A stretch of DNA of 64,000 bases from an uncultured virus (IMG/VR IMGVR_UViG_3300025809_000015) (Duplodnaviria; Heunggongvirae; Uroviricota; Caudoviricetes). Both the position numbers and the translations under genes were made by a program. How positions within the stretch are numbered: the stretch's first letter is position 1; each line of letters opens with the position of its first letter. Below the pieces are notes generated by a model. That model was not told the DNA's origin and ran no database searches. It worked only from the letters and a program-made list of their open reading frames with translations. Of the stretch, positions 10,147-18,726 are shown piece after piece. The DNA is taken from the IMG/VR virus record IMGVR_UViG_3300025809_000015; one strand, written 5' to 3'.

Positions 10147-10221
10147 ATCTATTTGTTTTATTATATAAATATAATCAATTTATTTGGGATAAAAAAATTA
10201 TTTCACTAAAGTTATTAACAA

Positions 10222-11493
10222 TTATCTACCAAATTTAATTATACCCATTAATTGATTAATTGCAGCAAAGGTGCCAGTCAGCTTATAGATCTTACCTTTA
10301 TATTTAAATACAATACCTTCAGTTGGAAATATTGATTCTATACCGCCAATACGACTTAGCCTTGCAAGTTCAGCTTCAACCTTTTTAATTTGTTCTACCC
10401 CACCTGTCTTTTTAATCTTACTTGCTTGAGTTTCAATTTCTTTTCTTAGTCTTTGTGCTTCACCAGATGGATTAGCAGCTAAGAAGTTAGAAGCATTCTT
10501 CATAATGATAGAACCGAGCTCTAAAAATAAATCTTCAAAAGGTCTAATGTTTTCTTTATACTTTTTGGCAACATCCTCTTTATCAAACTTTTTAACTAAT
10601 GCAGCTTCTTTAGGCCCAACTTGTTTTGCTAAAGATCTCATGTTTAAACTCTTCTTGTCGCCGTATGCCCATCTTTTAAGTAAACCTTCTTTAACATCTT
10701 GAGATAATGTTGGAAATTCTTTATCTATTAATTCTCTCCACCACATTTCATGGTATCTTGAAACTTCATCACCGTCGTTTAAGCCATATCTTTTTTCTAG
10801 AGCATTAACTTGGTTAATAAACTTTTTCTTATTTGCAGTAAAATCTAAATCTCTTTGTAATTGAATTACTTTAGGAGGTATAATTTTAAATGTTTTACCA
10901 ATATCAGATTTTACCTTTTGAAGTATACTTGTTATTTCTTTGGCAGGTTTATTGTTTGTACCTATGATATTACCTTTACCATCCGTTTCTTTTATTCCAT
11001 GAAATTGTATAACATCAGTATCATAATGAATAACATTTGGATTTAATGAATAGATTAATTCCATATTCATAAAATCTTTTCCATTCTTAAAATACTTTTC
11101 TTGATCTGCTGGTGAAAGCTTTCTTAATAGCTTATCTAAATCCCTAGCAGCAAAGATATAAGTATCTTCTACTAATTTTGATGCATGGCCTGTAAACATA
11201 CCAACAATTCCGTTAAGATCTATTGGGTTTGCCATTTGTCCTTTATTTCTAGCAAATTTTACTTTACCATCCTGCATAGTTACAAATAGGTTTTGCCCAT
11301 CAGTCTTTTCAGTAGGATCTTCTTCAAAGTTTAATTGACCTCTAAGCCCAGCATCAACCATTGCTTTGAAATCTCCAAAGGTTAAATCTTTATCATCAAA
11401 TGGATGCTGCATATGACCAGCTGCACCACCTTCAAACAAAAATGGCTGACTTTTGTCAGTCAGCCACTCTTCAAACAGTTTTATGTGTTTCAT
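10222..11493 (-). CDS. ATP-dependent ligase-fold nucleotidyltransferase (RNA-ligase-like; probably DUF6267-like)
   Basis: Motif I TEKTDGQN, ARNK, III NMELI, IIIa IQFHGI, IV EGIVF, V YKLTG; N-terminal EGGAAGHMQHPFDD. Confidence 0.7.
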   Translation of the reverse strand: MKHIKLFEEWLTDKSQPFLFEGGAAGHMQHPFDDKDLTFGDFKAMVDAGLRGQLNFEEDPTEKTDGQNLFVTMQDGKVKFARNKGQMANPIDLNGIVGMFTGHASKLVEDTYIFAARDLDKLLRKLSPADQEKYFKNGKDFMNMELIYSLNPNVIHYDTDVIQFHGIKETDGKGNIIGTNNKPAKEITSILQKVKSDIGKTFKIIPPKVIQLQRDLDFTANKKKFINQVNALEKRYGLNDGDEVSRYHEMWWRELIDKEFPTLSQDVKEGLLKRWAYGDKKSLNMRSLAKQVGPKEAALVKKFDKEDVAKKYKENIRPFEDLFLELGSIIMKNASNFLAANPSGEAQRLRKEIETQASKIKKTGGVEQIKKVEAELARLSRIGGIESIFPTEGIVFKYKGKIYKLTGTFAAINQLMGIIKFGR

Positions 11494-11507
11494 TTAGTTT
11501 AGTTTTA

Positions 11508-13292
11508 TTATGATCCCATAGTAGATTGTAAAGCTCCAACCATTGCTCCATAGTCTTCACCATACTTATCAATTAAACCATCAGCAGTTTCAGTTGCTTT
11601 AGTTTCATCAAAGTCATCTCCGAATGCATCTTTTAACATTTTCATTGCATATTCTTTGAATTGGTCAGCAGATTTAATTTCAGCTTCATTTACTTTACCT
11701 AATTTATTATTGGCAAGCTTTCTGAATTTTTCAGCAATTGAATCATCAGGTAATACTTCTTCTTCTTCCTTTACAATTTCAGTACCATCAGCTTTATCAT
11801 CTGCTTCACCTTTAACTACATCAGTAATTTTTTGATCAGGAGTAATTAGTTCTTTACCTTTACCTTCAATAGATTTAGGCTTACCCATATCCATCATATC
11901 TCCAGCAATACCTGCAGCAGTTTCTGGTCCATCACCTTTAATTACAGGAATAGCTATTCCATCATCCCCAGCTTCTTCATCTTTAATTTCATCACCTTCA
12001 ACTTTAGTAATTACTTCACCTACAGCTTCTTCAACAGATTCATCCTTTTCGTCTTCATCTTCGAAATCTTCACCGTCGTGAGTTTTAGATTTATCACCTT
12101 TATTTCCACCTAGTACAACATCATCGTACTTTTCATTTGTAGATTCATCTTTTTCATCATCATCTTCAAAATCTTCGCCATCATGTGTTTTAGATTTATC
12201 ACCTTTATTTCCACCTAGTACAACATCATCGTACTTTTCATTTGCAGATTCGTCTTTCTTATCATCTTCATCCTCATCTTCAAAATCTTCGCCATCATGT
12301 GTTTTAGATTTATCGCCTTTATCTCCACCGAATACAACTCTATCATATGCTTCATTAACAAATGTTGAAAAAGACATTATTTTAGATTCGTTCTTTTCAG
12401 CATCTTCCTCTTCTTCTTTATCGTATTCAACATCTTTCTTTAAAGCATCGATTTGTTTATCATCAGATTTAACAGCTCCTTTATAATGGTCTGCTTTTTC
12501 TTTATCATCTTCAGAATCAACTTTCTTATCGCCTTTATCTTCTAATTCATCACCTTTCTTTTCATCATCTTTACCTTCTTCTTCATCATCTTCATTGACT
12601 TTTGCTTCAGCAAGAGGATCAGCAGACGCTGCTACAGGAACAGCATAATCTTCTGGCTCTTCATCATCATCATGATAAGAAATGTTTTTATTAATAGTTT
12701 CTTCTTTTTCTTTAATGAAATCTTCGAAAGCCATAATTCTTCTAGTAGCTTTTGGAGTTTCTTCTTCTTCTGAAGCTACATCAACACCGTCCTCATCTTC
12801 AACCTCATCGGCTTCAGCTGGAACTTCTGCTGTAATTTCTTGTTCATCAGAAACTTCTTCACCTTCTTTATCTTCTAAAGATTTAGTATCACCAATTGCA
12901 TTAACCTCATCTTCTATTTCTTTAGCTTTTCCAGATAATTCTTTTACTTCATCTTCAGCAACCTCAGAATCAGAATCAACAACTTCAGCGTCGCCTTCTT
13001 TATCTTCAGTACCTTCTAGTGATTTTGCTTTACCTTTGGCATTCATTTCATCTTCAATATCTTCGGCTCTATCTTCTTCGATTTCATCCTCAGATATATC
13101 GTTACTTTTTGCAATTGTCTTAGACATTGCTTCGAGTTTTGAAAGAAGATCTTTCTCCTTTTTTAACTCTTCTATACTGTCAAAACCAATCTTTTTGATC
13201 AATTCATCAACAGCTTCTTTTGTTACTTTTGCTGACTCAGTGATCGGTTGATCTTTTGCAGTCATTGCAGAAAACTTTTTGATTGACTTCAT
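11508..13292 (-). CDS. Highly acidic low-complexity protein, candidate prohead core/scaffold or internal head protein (594 aa)
   Basis: Very D/E-rich, internal tandem repeats, multiple xNE/xTE sites and FxxFIxE motifs. Confidence 0.5.
   Translation of the reverse strand: MKSIKKFSAMTAKDQPITESAKVTKEAVDELIKKIGFDSIEELKKEKDLLSKLEAMSKTIAKSNDISEDEIEEDRAEDIEDEMNAKGKAKSLEGTEDKEGDAEVVDSDSEVAEDEVKELSGKAKEIEDEVNAIGDTKSLEDKEGEEVSDEQEITAEVPAEADEVEDEDGVDVASEEEETPKATRRIMAFEDFIKEKEETINKNISYHDDDEEPEDYAVPVAASADPLAEAKVNEDDEEEGKDDEKKGDELEDKGDKKVDSEDDKEKADHYKGAVKSDDKQIDALKKDVEYDKEEEEDAEKNESKIMSFSTFVNEAYDRVVFGGDKGDKSKTHDGEDFEDEDEDDKKDESANEKYDDVVLGGNKGDKSKTHDGEDFEDDDEKDESTNEKYDDVVLGGNKGDKSKTHDGEDFEDEDEKDESVEEAVGEVITKVEGDEIKDEEAGDDGIAIPVIKGDGPETAAGIAGDMMDMGKPKSIEGKGKELITPDQKITDVVKGEADDKADGTEIVKEEEEVLPDDSIAEKFRKLANNKLGKVNEAEIKSADQFKEYAMKMLKDAFGDDFDETKATETADGLIDKYGEDYGAMVGALQSTMGS
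12035..12360 (-). repeat. Three coding tandem repeats of 35-38 aa (YDDVVLGGNKGDKSKTHDGEDFED...DES.NE)
   Basis: gttttagatttatc at 12082, 12187 and 12301 (periods 105 and 114 nt). Confidence 0.9.
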
Positions 13293-13348
13293 TTTAGTTA
13301 TTTTTATTTTTTTTATATATCCATGTCTTAGTGAAAAGATATTCTATA

Positions 13349-14854
13349 TTAGAATCTTATGTTCTGAACTTCGAATGGAAACTTTTCTTCTTTATATATT
13401 GTTCGCCTAGCAATACCGTGGCGGTAGATATAATTAACCCAATCATGGTCTTCGGCTTTATATCTAAAATCATCTATAAAATCATAGATTTTTACAACAT
13501 CTTTCGATGCATGCTTTCTTAATCCTCTACCAATACTTTGTCTGATAATTACTTCAGATTTAAAACTTTCGGTAAAAAAGATATTATGTATATTTTTAAT
13601 TGAAATACCAGTTGAAAAGGTACCATAAGATGCTACAATAATAACATCATCATTTTTTTCCATTCTGCTTTTAAACTCTTCTCTTATATCTACGTTAACA
13701 GAGCCGTCTACATAGTAAACCTTCTTGTCTGTTATATGCCTTAATTTATTATATAGTTTTTCACCGTATGCAATCTTATGAAATAGTACTAATGAATTAG
13801 ATGTAGATTTTTTAATTACTTGACAAACAAAATCTAATCTCTTTTCGCTTTGATTTATAAAATTTTGTTCTAATCCAAATAATCTTTGTCTATCTTGTGG
13901 ATTTTTAGATAAGAATGAAAATGATTCCTTTTGTTCATCTGTTGCATAATCCATATGAAGTTGCATAACTTTACAACTGGCAATAAAACCTTCTTGTTGT
14001 AATTGATTTGCTTTAACTTGAGTAACCAATGGGCCCATGGCAGACATTAAACTTAATCTATTAACAGTTCCTTTCTTAGGTATGGTTCCACTTAAACCAA
14101 ATCTAAAATCACAATGCCAACACTTATCCATAATCTTTTGAATAGAATTTGCTTTTGCTTTATGAGTTTCATCTACAAATACAGCATCAAATTGGCTAAA
14201 GTATTCCTCGTCCTTTTTAACTAAAGATTGATAAGTACCAATAACTAGATTAGAACTTTTTCTTATTTTTACACCGGCATAAATTTGTTGAGTCTTTAAA
14301 GGAACTCCGCATTTATTATATTCATCAAAGTCACCAGTAGCCTGTAAGACTAGATTTACATTAGGGACAATCATTAATATCTTTTTCTTATTTAGCTTGT
14401 CCATAAGATAAGCAACTACCATAAAAGATATTAGTGTTTTACCAGCAGATGTTGCTAATTCCGCTAAACACCTTCTATACTTTAATATTTTAAAAGCTGC
14501 ATCTATTTGGTATTCTCTAGGTTTAAATTCTGGTTGCTTTTTAAATATTTTAGTAACCCATTTCCTAAACTCGTCTTCTTTGATTTCAGTATCAAATATA
14601 TTGGTTATATTATTTAAGGTAACAGGAAAGTCATAATCTTTACAGATATCTAATATTTCTTTCCATAGACCTGCAGGTATTTTATTTCTTTTTACAAATG
14701 ATACATTACCATCCCATACTCTTTTTTTAACTAAAGGGTGAAAGCGCCAACCTTCAATCTTTTTAGTTAAACTACTTTTTAGTTGTTCATACTCTAATTC
14801 AGTACAAGCATCAATAACTAAAAACTTTTTATTTTCCGAGAGGGATAATTCCAT
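13349..14854 (-). CDS. uvsW: UvsW-like SF2 DNA helicase
   Basis: PREYQ Q-motif, ATSAGKT Walker A, DETH, GLSGT, TFSTGISIKN, QSIGRGLR. Confidence 0.92.
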   Translation of the reverse strand: MELSLSENKKFLVIDACTELEYEQLKSSLTKKIEGWRFHPLVKKRVWDGNVSFVKRNKIPAGLWKEILDICKDYDFPVTLNNITNIFDTEIKEDEFRKWVTKIFKKQPEFKPREYQIDAAFKILKYRRCLAELATSAGKTLISFMVVAYLMDKLNKKKILMIVPNVNLVLQATGDFDEYNKCGVPLKTQQIYAGVKIRKSSNLVIGTYQSLVKKDEEYFSQFDAVFVDETHKAKANSIQKIMDKCWHCDFRFGLSGTIPKKGTVNRLSLMSAMGPLVTQVKANQLQQEGFIASCKVMQLHMDYATDEQKESFSFLSKNPQDRQRLFGLEQNFINQSEKRLDFVCQVIKKSTSNSLVLFHKIAYGEKLYNKLRHITDKKVYYVDGSVNVDIREEFKSRMEKNDDVIIVASYGTFSTGISIKNIHNIFFTESFKSEVIIRQSIGRGLRKHASKDVVKIYDFIDDFRYKAEDHDWVNYIYRHGIARRTIYKEEKFPFEVQNIRF

Positions 14855-15303
14855 TAGTATTCTTTATCGTCTAAACTTATTCTATTACGAATAGCAAATG
14901 CTAAGTTATCACAAGTCTTTATGCATTCCTGGTAATAGTCCATATGAGATTGTAGCATTTCCATTTGTGTTCTTAAATGAGATAAGTCAGCTTTAATAAA
15001 AGCAACCTTTTCACCACTTGTTAATTTAACATCATAATCAATTGAATATTCTCTATACTTGATTTTATAGTATCTGTCATATGCACCTTGTCTTTTTTGT
15101 TTTGTAGTTTTAAAATCAGTAATTTTATCCAATAGGATTTGTCTATAAGATAACATATTTACTTGGCACTCGGATAAATTGCGAACTTCTTTTAGTAAAC
15201 CAACCAAGTGGCTTATCTTTTCTTTCCAATCATCTCTATCTTTAGCTAATCTTTTTGCTAATTCTTCATTAGCCTCACCTGTAGCCATGTCATTATACTC
15301 CAT
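14854..15303 (-). CDS. uvsY: UvsY-like recombination mediator
   Basis: 149 aa helical protein abutting uvsW; C-terminal CIKTCDNLAFAIRNRI resembles the UvsY C-terminal pattern. Confidence 0.6.
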   Translation of the reverse strand: MEYNDMATGEANEELAKRLAKDRDDWKEKISHLVGLLKEVRNLSECQVNMLSYRQILLDKITDFKTTKQKRQGAYDRYYKIKYREYSIDYDVKLTSGEKVAFIKADLSHLRTQMEMLQSHMDYYQECIKTCDNLAFAIRNRISLDDKEY

Positions 15304-15525
15304 TTAAAATATACCTTTATCTTTATTAATCTTTTTAAAACCCTTTACTTTAGGCTGAAACTTCTTTTTAGGTGCTGGTATAGAAAAATTAGTTTTAACT
15401 TCATCTAATTCAGATTTACCAAATGTAGAAAAAAGTTTTAGTCTTTTACTATTACTTTCTAAATCTTTATAAAAGTCATCTATTTCTTCATTCACAAAAT
15501 TATTATAATTTTTTAAACTCATCAT
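15304..15525 (-). CDS. Hypothetical protein with capsid-targeting-like N-terminus
   Basis: MMSLKNYNNFVNEE; translationally coupled to neighbours. Confidence 0.6.
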   Translation of the reverse strand: MMSLKNYNNFVNEEIDDFYKDLESNSKRLKLFSTFGKSELDEVKTNFSIPAPKKKFQPKVKGFKKINKDKGIF

Positions 15526-16595
15526 ATAAAAATAATATCTAATGAATCCTTTGTAAAATATTTATCCAGGTCACCTAAGCACCCAGATCTATTACTGTAT
15601 TCCCATTTAACTAAATCATTTAAATCTTTAACCTTTCTTGATGGAATGTCAAAATCCTTTAAAAACTTATCCCACATAAATACAGTTTGACCACCCTTAA
15701 GTTTTTCAATCATTCTTGTTTTACCTTCTAAATCATTATCAAAGAAATATCTTGCTGTAGGTATTTCATTAAATTCAATAATTTGTTTTTTAACTCCAGT
15801 TAAACCAATAGAGTTATTCATAAACATTGCATCAATAGGACCTTCAAATATTGAAAAATCTCGAGACATATCAACAGTTAAGATTCCAAATAACATTGAT
15901 ATCTTATTTAGGTTATCTAATTCTTCTTCGGTAACTTTTAATGGTAATTTTAATCTGTCATAAATTCTTTCTATATTCCAAGTTTTATATTTAGGACCAC
16001 CACTACCACCTAAGTCTCTAGTTTGGAATCCTAATATTTTACCTTCAGGTGTTAAATTAAAAACATATAGTTCTCTACGCCTTGGGTCAAAACCAAACCT
16101 TTCAGTTTTATGATGGAGAAGCCTACTCTTTAAATAAGGATATGCTTGGTATGTTAAAGTATTAATTGGATATACATTAAAACCTAAAGCTATTTCATCA
16201 AAAGTTAATGCTAATTCTTTTGCTTTATCAAAAAGATAAAAATCTAAATTTTCTCCTAATGAAAAATGTTTACGATTTTCCTTAATATAATTAATAACAT
16301 TAATTCTATCATCGCCTTCGAAGTTTTCATTATGTTCTGCTAAGAATACATCTAAGGAAGCATGAGCTGAACAATTATAACAATGAAAGTATAAATCATT
16401 CCAATAAATATTTCCTCTCTTTTTTCTTGGTGTATCATGAGAATCACCACAGTAAGGGCATGCAAAATTTAACCTACCTTTACTCTCCAATATTCTTCTC
16501 TTCTCTGGATGAGTATGATTAGTATGAAGAACTCGGACTACCTTATCGATAATCCGAGCTTTCATTTCAGAAGATATTATTACTTCCTCTGCCAT
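15522..16595 (-). CDS. DNA primase (T4 gp61-like)
   Basis: Zn-finger CPYCGDS...HCYNC; TOPRIM FEGPIDAMF and FFDND; KDLND. Confidence 0.9.
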   Translation of the reverse strand: MAEEVIISSEMKARIIDKVVRVLHTNHTHPEKRRILESKGRLNFACPYCGDSHDTPRKKRGNIYWNDLYFHCYNCSAHASLDVFLAEHNENFEGDDRINVINYIKENRKHFSLGENLDFYLFDKAKELALTFDEIALGFNVYPINTLTYQAYPYLKSRLLHHKTERFGFDPRRRELYVFNLTPEGKILGFQTRDLGGSGGPKYKTWNIERIYDRLKLPLKVTEEELDNLNKISMLFGILTVDMSRDFSIFEGPIDAMFMNNSIGLTGVKKQIIEFNEIPTARYFFDNDLEGKTRMIEKLKGGQTVFMWDKFLKDFDIPSRKVKDLNDLVKWEYSNRSGCLGDLDKYFTKDSLDIIFI

Positions 16596-16600
16596 ACTTA

Positions 16601-17524
16601 TTAAAGATCTAAACCATTAATGAAATCATCAAAGTCATCTTTCTTTTCTTCACCTTTTACAGGTTCAGCCTTAGGAGTTTCCTTTGTTTCAGTTGTTGCT
16701 TTAGTTGCAGCAGCTTCAGTAGCTTGTGTATTTACTGGTGCTGGTTTTGATCTTGTGATGTTTTGAATTGAATCACCTGGTGATGTGAATTGAGATAATA
16801 CATTCATTACCTTTCCTCTTACTATATCATCCCATGCTTTATAACCCCATGTTGATAAATCTGGTGCAGTACCTAACAACTCTAAAATTGCCTTACGGCT
16901 TTCATCACTGTTTGTAACCGCTTCACCTTCAATTGTCATTGGAGATTTATTTCCGTGGAATTTACTAGAATCATAATTTGGAAAACCACCTTTCTTTGAA
17001 ATTACTAATTCAAAATTCTTGCCTTCAAAAGGATCGAATACTTGAGTAGGTTCATCAAATTGTGGATTCAGTTCTTCATCAATTTTAGTTTTGATTTTAT
17101 AACCAAACTTCATGATTTTAACCTGCCCTTCAAGATCTCTGTTTTGTGGATCTTTTATGATTTGTACCAATGCATAGAATACTTCTCTACGCTTTAAACC
17201 TTCTGACATCTTTTTGTCTACAGCAGATTCAGAGTTTCTTAGTTTAAAGAACATATCCTGTACAGGACATTTTTCTCCAACCGTTGATGGTGAATCAGCA
17301 TAAAAGCCGTTTCCCTCTCTGTCTTCTAACCAGTAGACATACTTTCTTTCAAATGGTTTTCTTGGGTTTTTAGCATTAGGTAGAAACCTAATTAAAGAAC
17401 GGTAAGTTCCGTCCTGTCCTTGATCTGGTTTAGGTGAATAAAGATCACTCCCTGCGGAAGATGGTCTTTCACCAGTGTCTAAATCTTTTACACTTACGTT
17501 AAAAATGTCGAATTCATTTGCCAT
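16601..17524 (-). CDS. Single-stranded DNA-binding protein (T4 gp32-like)
   Basis: IRFLP, CPV, KFGYKIK, FDPFEGKNF, NYDSSKF and acidic tail DDFDDFINGLDL. Confidence 0.9.
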   Translation of the reverse strand: MANEFDIFNVSVKDLDTGERPSSAGSDLYSPKPDQGQDGTYRSLIRFLPNAKNPRKPFERKYVYWLEDREGNGFYADSPSTVGEKCPVQDMFFKLRNSESAVDKKMSEGLKRREVFYALVQIIKDPQNRDLEGQVKIMKFGYKIKTKIDEELNPQFDEPTQVFDPFEGKNFELVISKKGGFPNYDSSKFHGNKSPMTIEGEAVTNSDESRKAILELLGTAPDLSTWGYKAWDDIVRGKVMNVLSQFTSPGDSIQNITRSKPAPVNTQATEAAATKATTETKETPKAEPVKGEEKKDDFDDFINGLDL

Positions 17525-17660
17525 GTTAATTGCCTTTTTTTTGTTATTATTAATTTATGATAACAAACTCCGTATCTAAACGCCTTTTAATTTTTTATTG
17601 CCTATTTACTTCGCCTTGTTATCGCCTTTTAAAAAGTACCAATACTTTATTGATTCCTTT
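17525..17660 (-). promoter_or_regulatory. Long A-rich 5' leader of the SSB gene with five (A/T)AGGC repeats and a stem-loop; candidate translational operator
   Basis: Plus-strand gcct(t/a) at 17532, 17582, 17600, 17613, 17624; inverted repeat tttgttat/ataacaaa at 17540-17567. Confidence 0.45.
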
Positions 17661-17664
17661 GTTT

Positions 17665-17695
17665 ATTATATATCCCCTAAGTCAGTTTGTTTCAG
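17665..17695 (-). promoter_or_regulatory. Putative bipartite promoter CTGAAAC-N18-TATAAT for the SSB gene
   Basis: Minus strand ctgaaac-aaactgacttaggggata-tataat; the TGA stop of groES lies inside the box. Confidence 0.55.
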
Positions 17696-17976
17696 ACTAT
17701 TTTAACATTTTTATCTATTATTGCAGTTACATCACGTTCTCTTATACTTAATACTGTTTCTCCTTTATATTTAAATTCACTACCAGCTAAATCATGAAAA
17801 AGTATTTTAATTCCTATTTTAAAATCTTTATCTTCTACCCCATCTCCTACTCCAGTGATTGTACCTGAATACGGAGGTGCAAACATCCCTTCTTTTTTTA
17901 GTAAAATTATACTGCCTTGCTTCTCTGGTTGCTCATCTTTTTTTAAAAATATTCTATTTCCTAAAGGTTTTATCAT
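17692..17976 (-). CDS. groES: Co-chaperonin GroES (Cpn10)
   Basis: IKPLGNRIFLK, GTITGVGDG, IKILFHDLAGSEFKYKGE, IRERDVTAII. Confidence 0.9.
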   Translation of the reverse strand: MIKPLGNRIFLKKDEQPEKQGSIILLKKEGMFAPPYSGTITGVGDGVEDKDFKIGIKILFHDLAGSEFKYKGETVLSIRERDVTAIIDKNVKIV

Positions 17977-18002
17977 TTTATTTTAATTTTTTTTATAGAA
18001 AG

Positions 18003-18033
18003 CTGAAACAATGTTAACATGTTGCAATATAAT
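18003..18033 (+). promoter_or_regulatory. Putative antisense promoter CTGAAAC-N18-TATAAT facing the ruvC-like gene
   Basis: ctgaaac-aatgttaacatgttgcaa-tataat, identical boxes and spacing to the SSB promoter, but on the plus strand. Confidence 0.45.
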
Positions 18034-18061
18034 TTTTAACTATTCAGAGTAAGAAAAGTAT

Positions 18062-18721
18062 CTATTTGTTAGCCTTCAGGACTTTAAGTATAAAGTAGGC
18101 ATCAACGATGTCATCGATAGGTTTAGGTATTTTAATGCTGAAGTCTTTTCCTTGAGTCCATTTCCAAAGTTTAGTGCTCCTTAAGTTCTTATCATTAAGG
18201 ACATCATCTTGGAATGCTTTAGCCATATAATGTTTATTTGCATTTCCTTTCCCAGCAAGTTTCTTAACATGAGATGGTTGAAAGACAGATAAATTTTCTA
18301 TAGAATACTTATCTATTAATTCTTTTCTTAAAAAAGTATTGTACTGAATAATGTCTATAAATGAATTACCCTTGGAGCCATAAGAAAATCCTTCTAATGC
18401 AACTGCTACCTTATCACCTTCAAATAAGGTTGAAAATATATTAACCATAAGTGAGCTAATATTTCCTGCATCCTCTAACTTCTGTCTCTCTCTAGGTAAA
18501 AACTCTTTACTTGTAACTTCTCTATTATAAGGAAATCCTAATAAAGCATTATCATCCATTAATTCTTTGTGTACACTGAATGCTTTAGGTATTTTTCTAC
18601 CTTCTTCATCCCATATACGATTTCCGTAATTAAAAAAAGTTATAAAGTGATATTTGCCATCGGCTGTTTCAACACAGGCACCAGGGCTATTTAATGAAAA
18701 GTCAATTCCTATGTGAATCAT
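18062..18721 (-). CDS. RuvC-like Holliday junction resolvase (RNase H fold)
   Basis: IGIDFSLNSPG, ALEGFSYGS, PSHVKK..GKGNANK, DDIVDAYFI. Confidence 0.8.
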   Translation of the reverse strand: MIHIGIDFSLNSPGACVETADGKYHFITFFNYGNRIWDEEGRKIPKAFSVHKELMDDNALLGFPYNREVTSKEFLPRERQKLEDAGNISSLMVNIFSTLFEGDKVAVALEGFSYGSKGNSFIDIIQYNTFLRKELIDKYSIENLSVFQPSHVKKLAGKGNANKHYMAKAFQDDVLNDKNLRSTKLWKWTQGKDFSIKIPKPIDDIVDAYFILKVLKANK

Positions 18722-18726
18722 TCTAA

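Noticed and set aside
12035..12360. Direct repeats as a possible CRISPR array
   Set aside because: Periods are multiples of 3, the intervening sequences are similar to each other, they lie in frame within a CDS, and no cas genes are present
17557..17751. 64-aa plus-strand ORF or a tRNA in the SSB-groES gap
   Set aside because: No coding features and no cloverleaf or T-loop motif; region is better explained as the SSB leader and promoter
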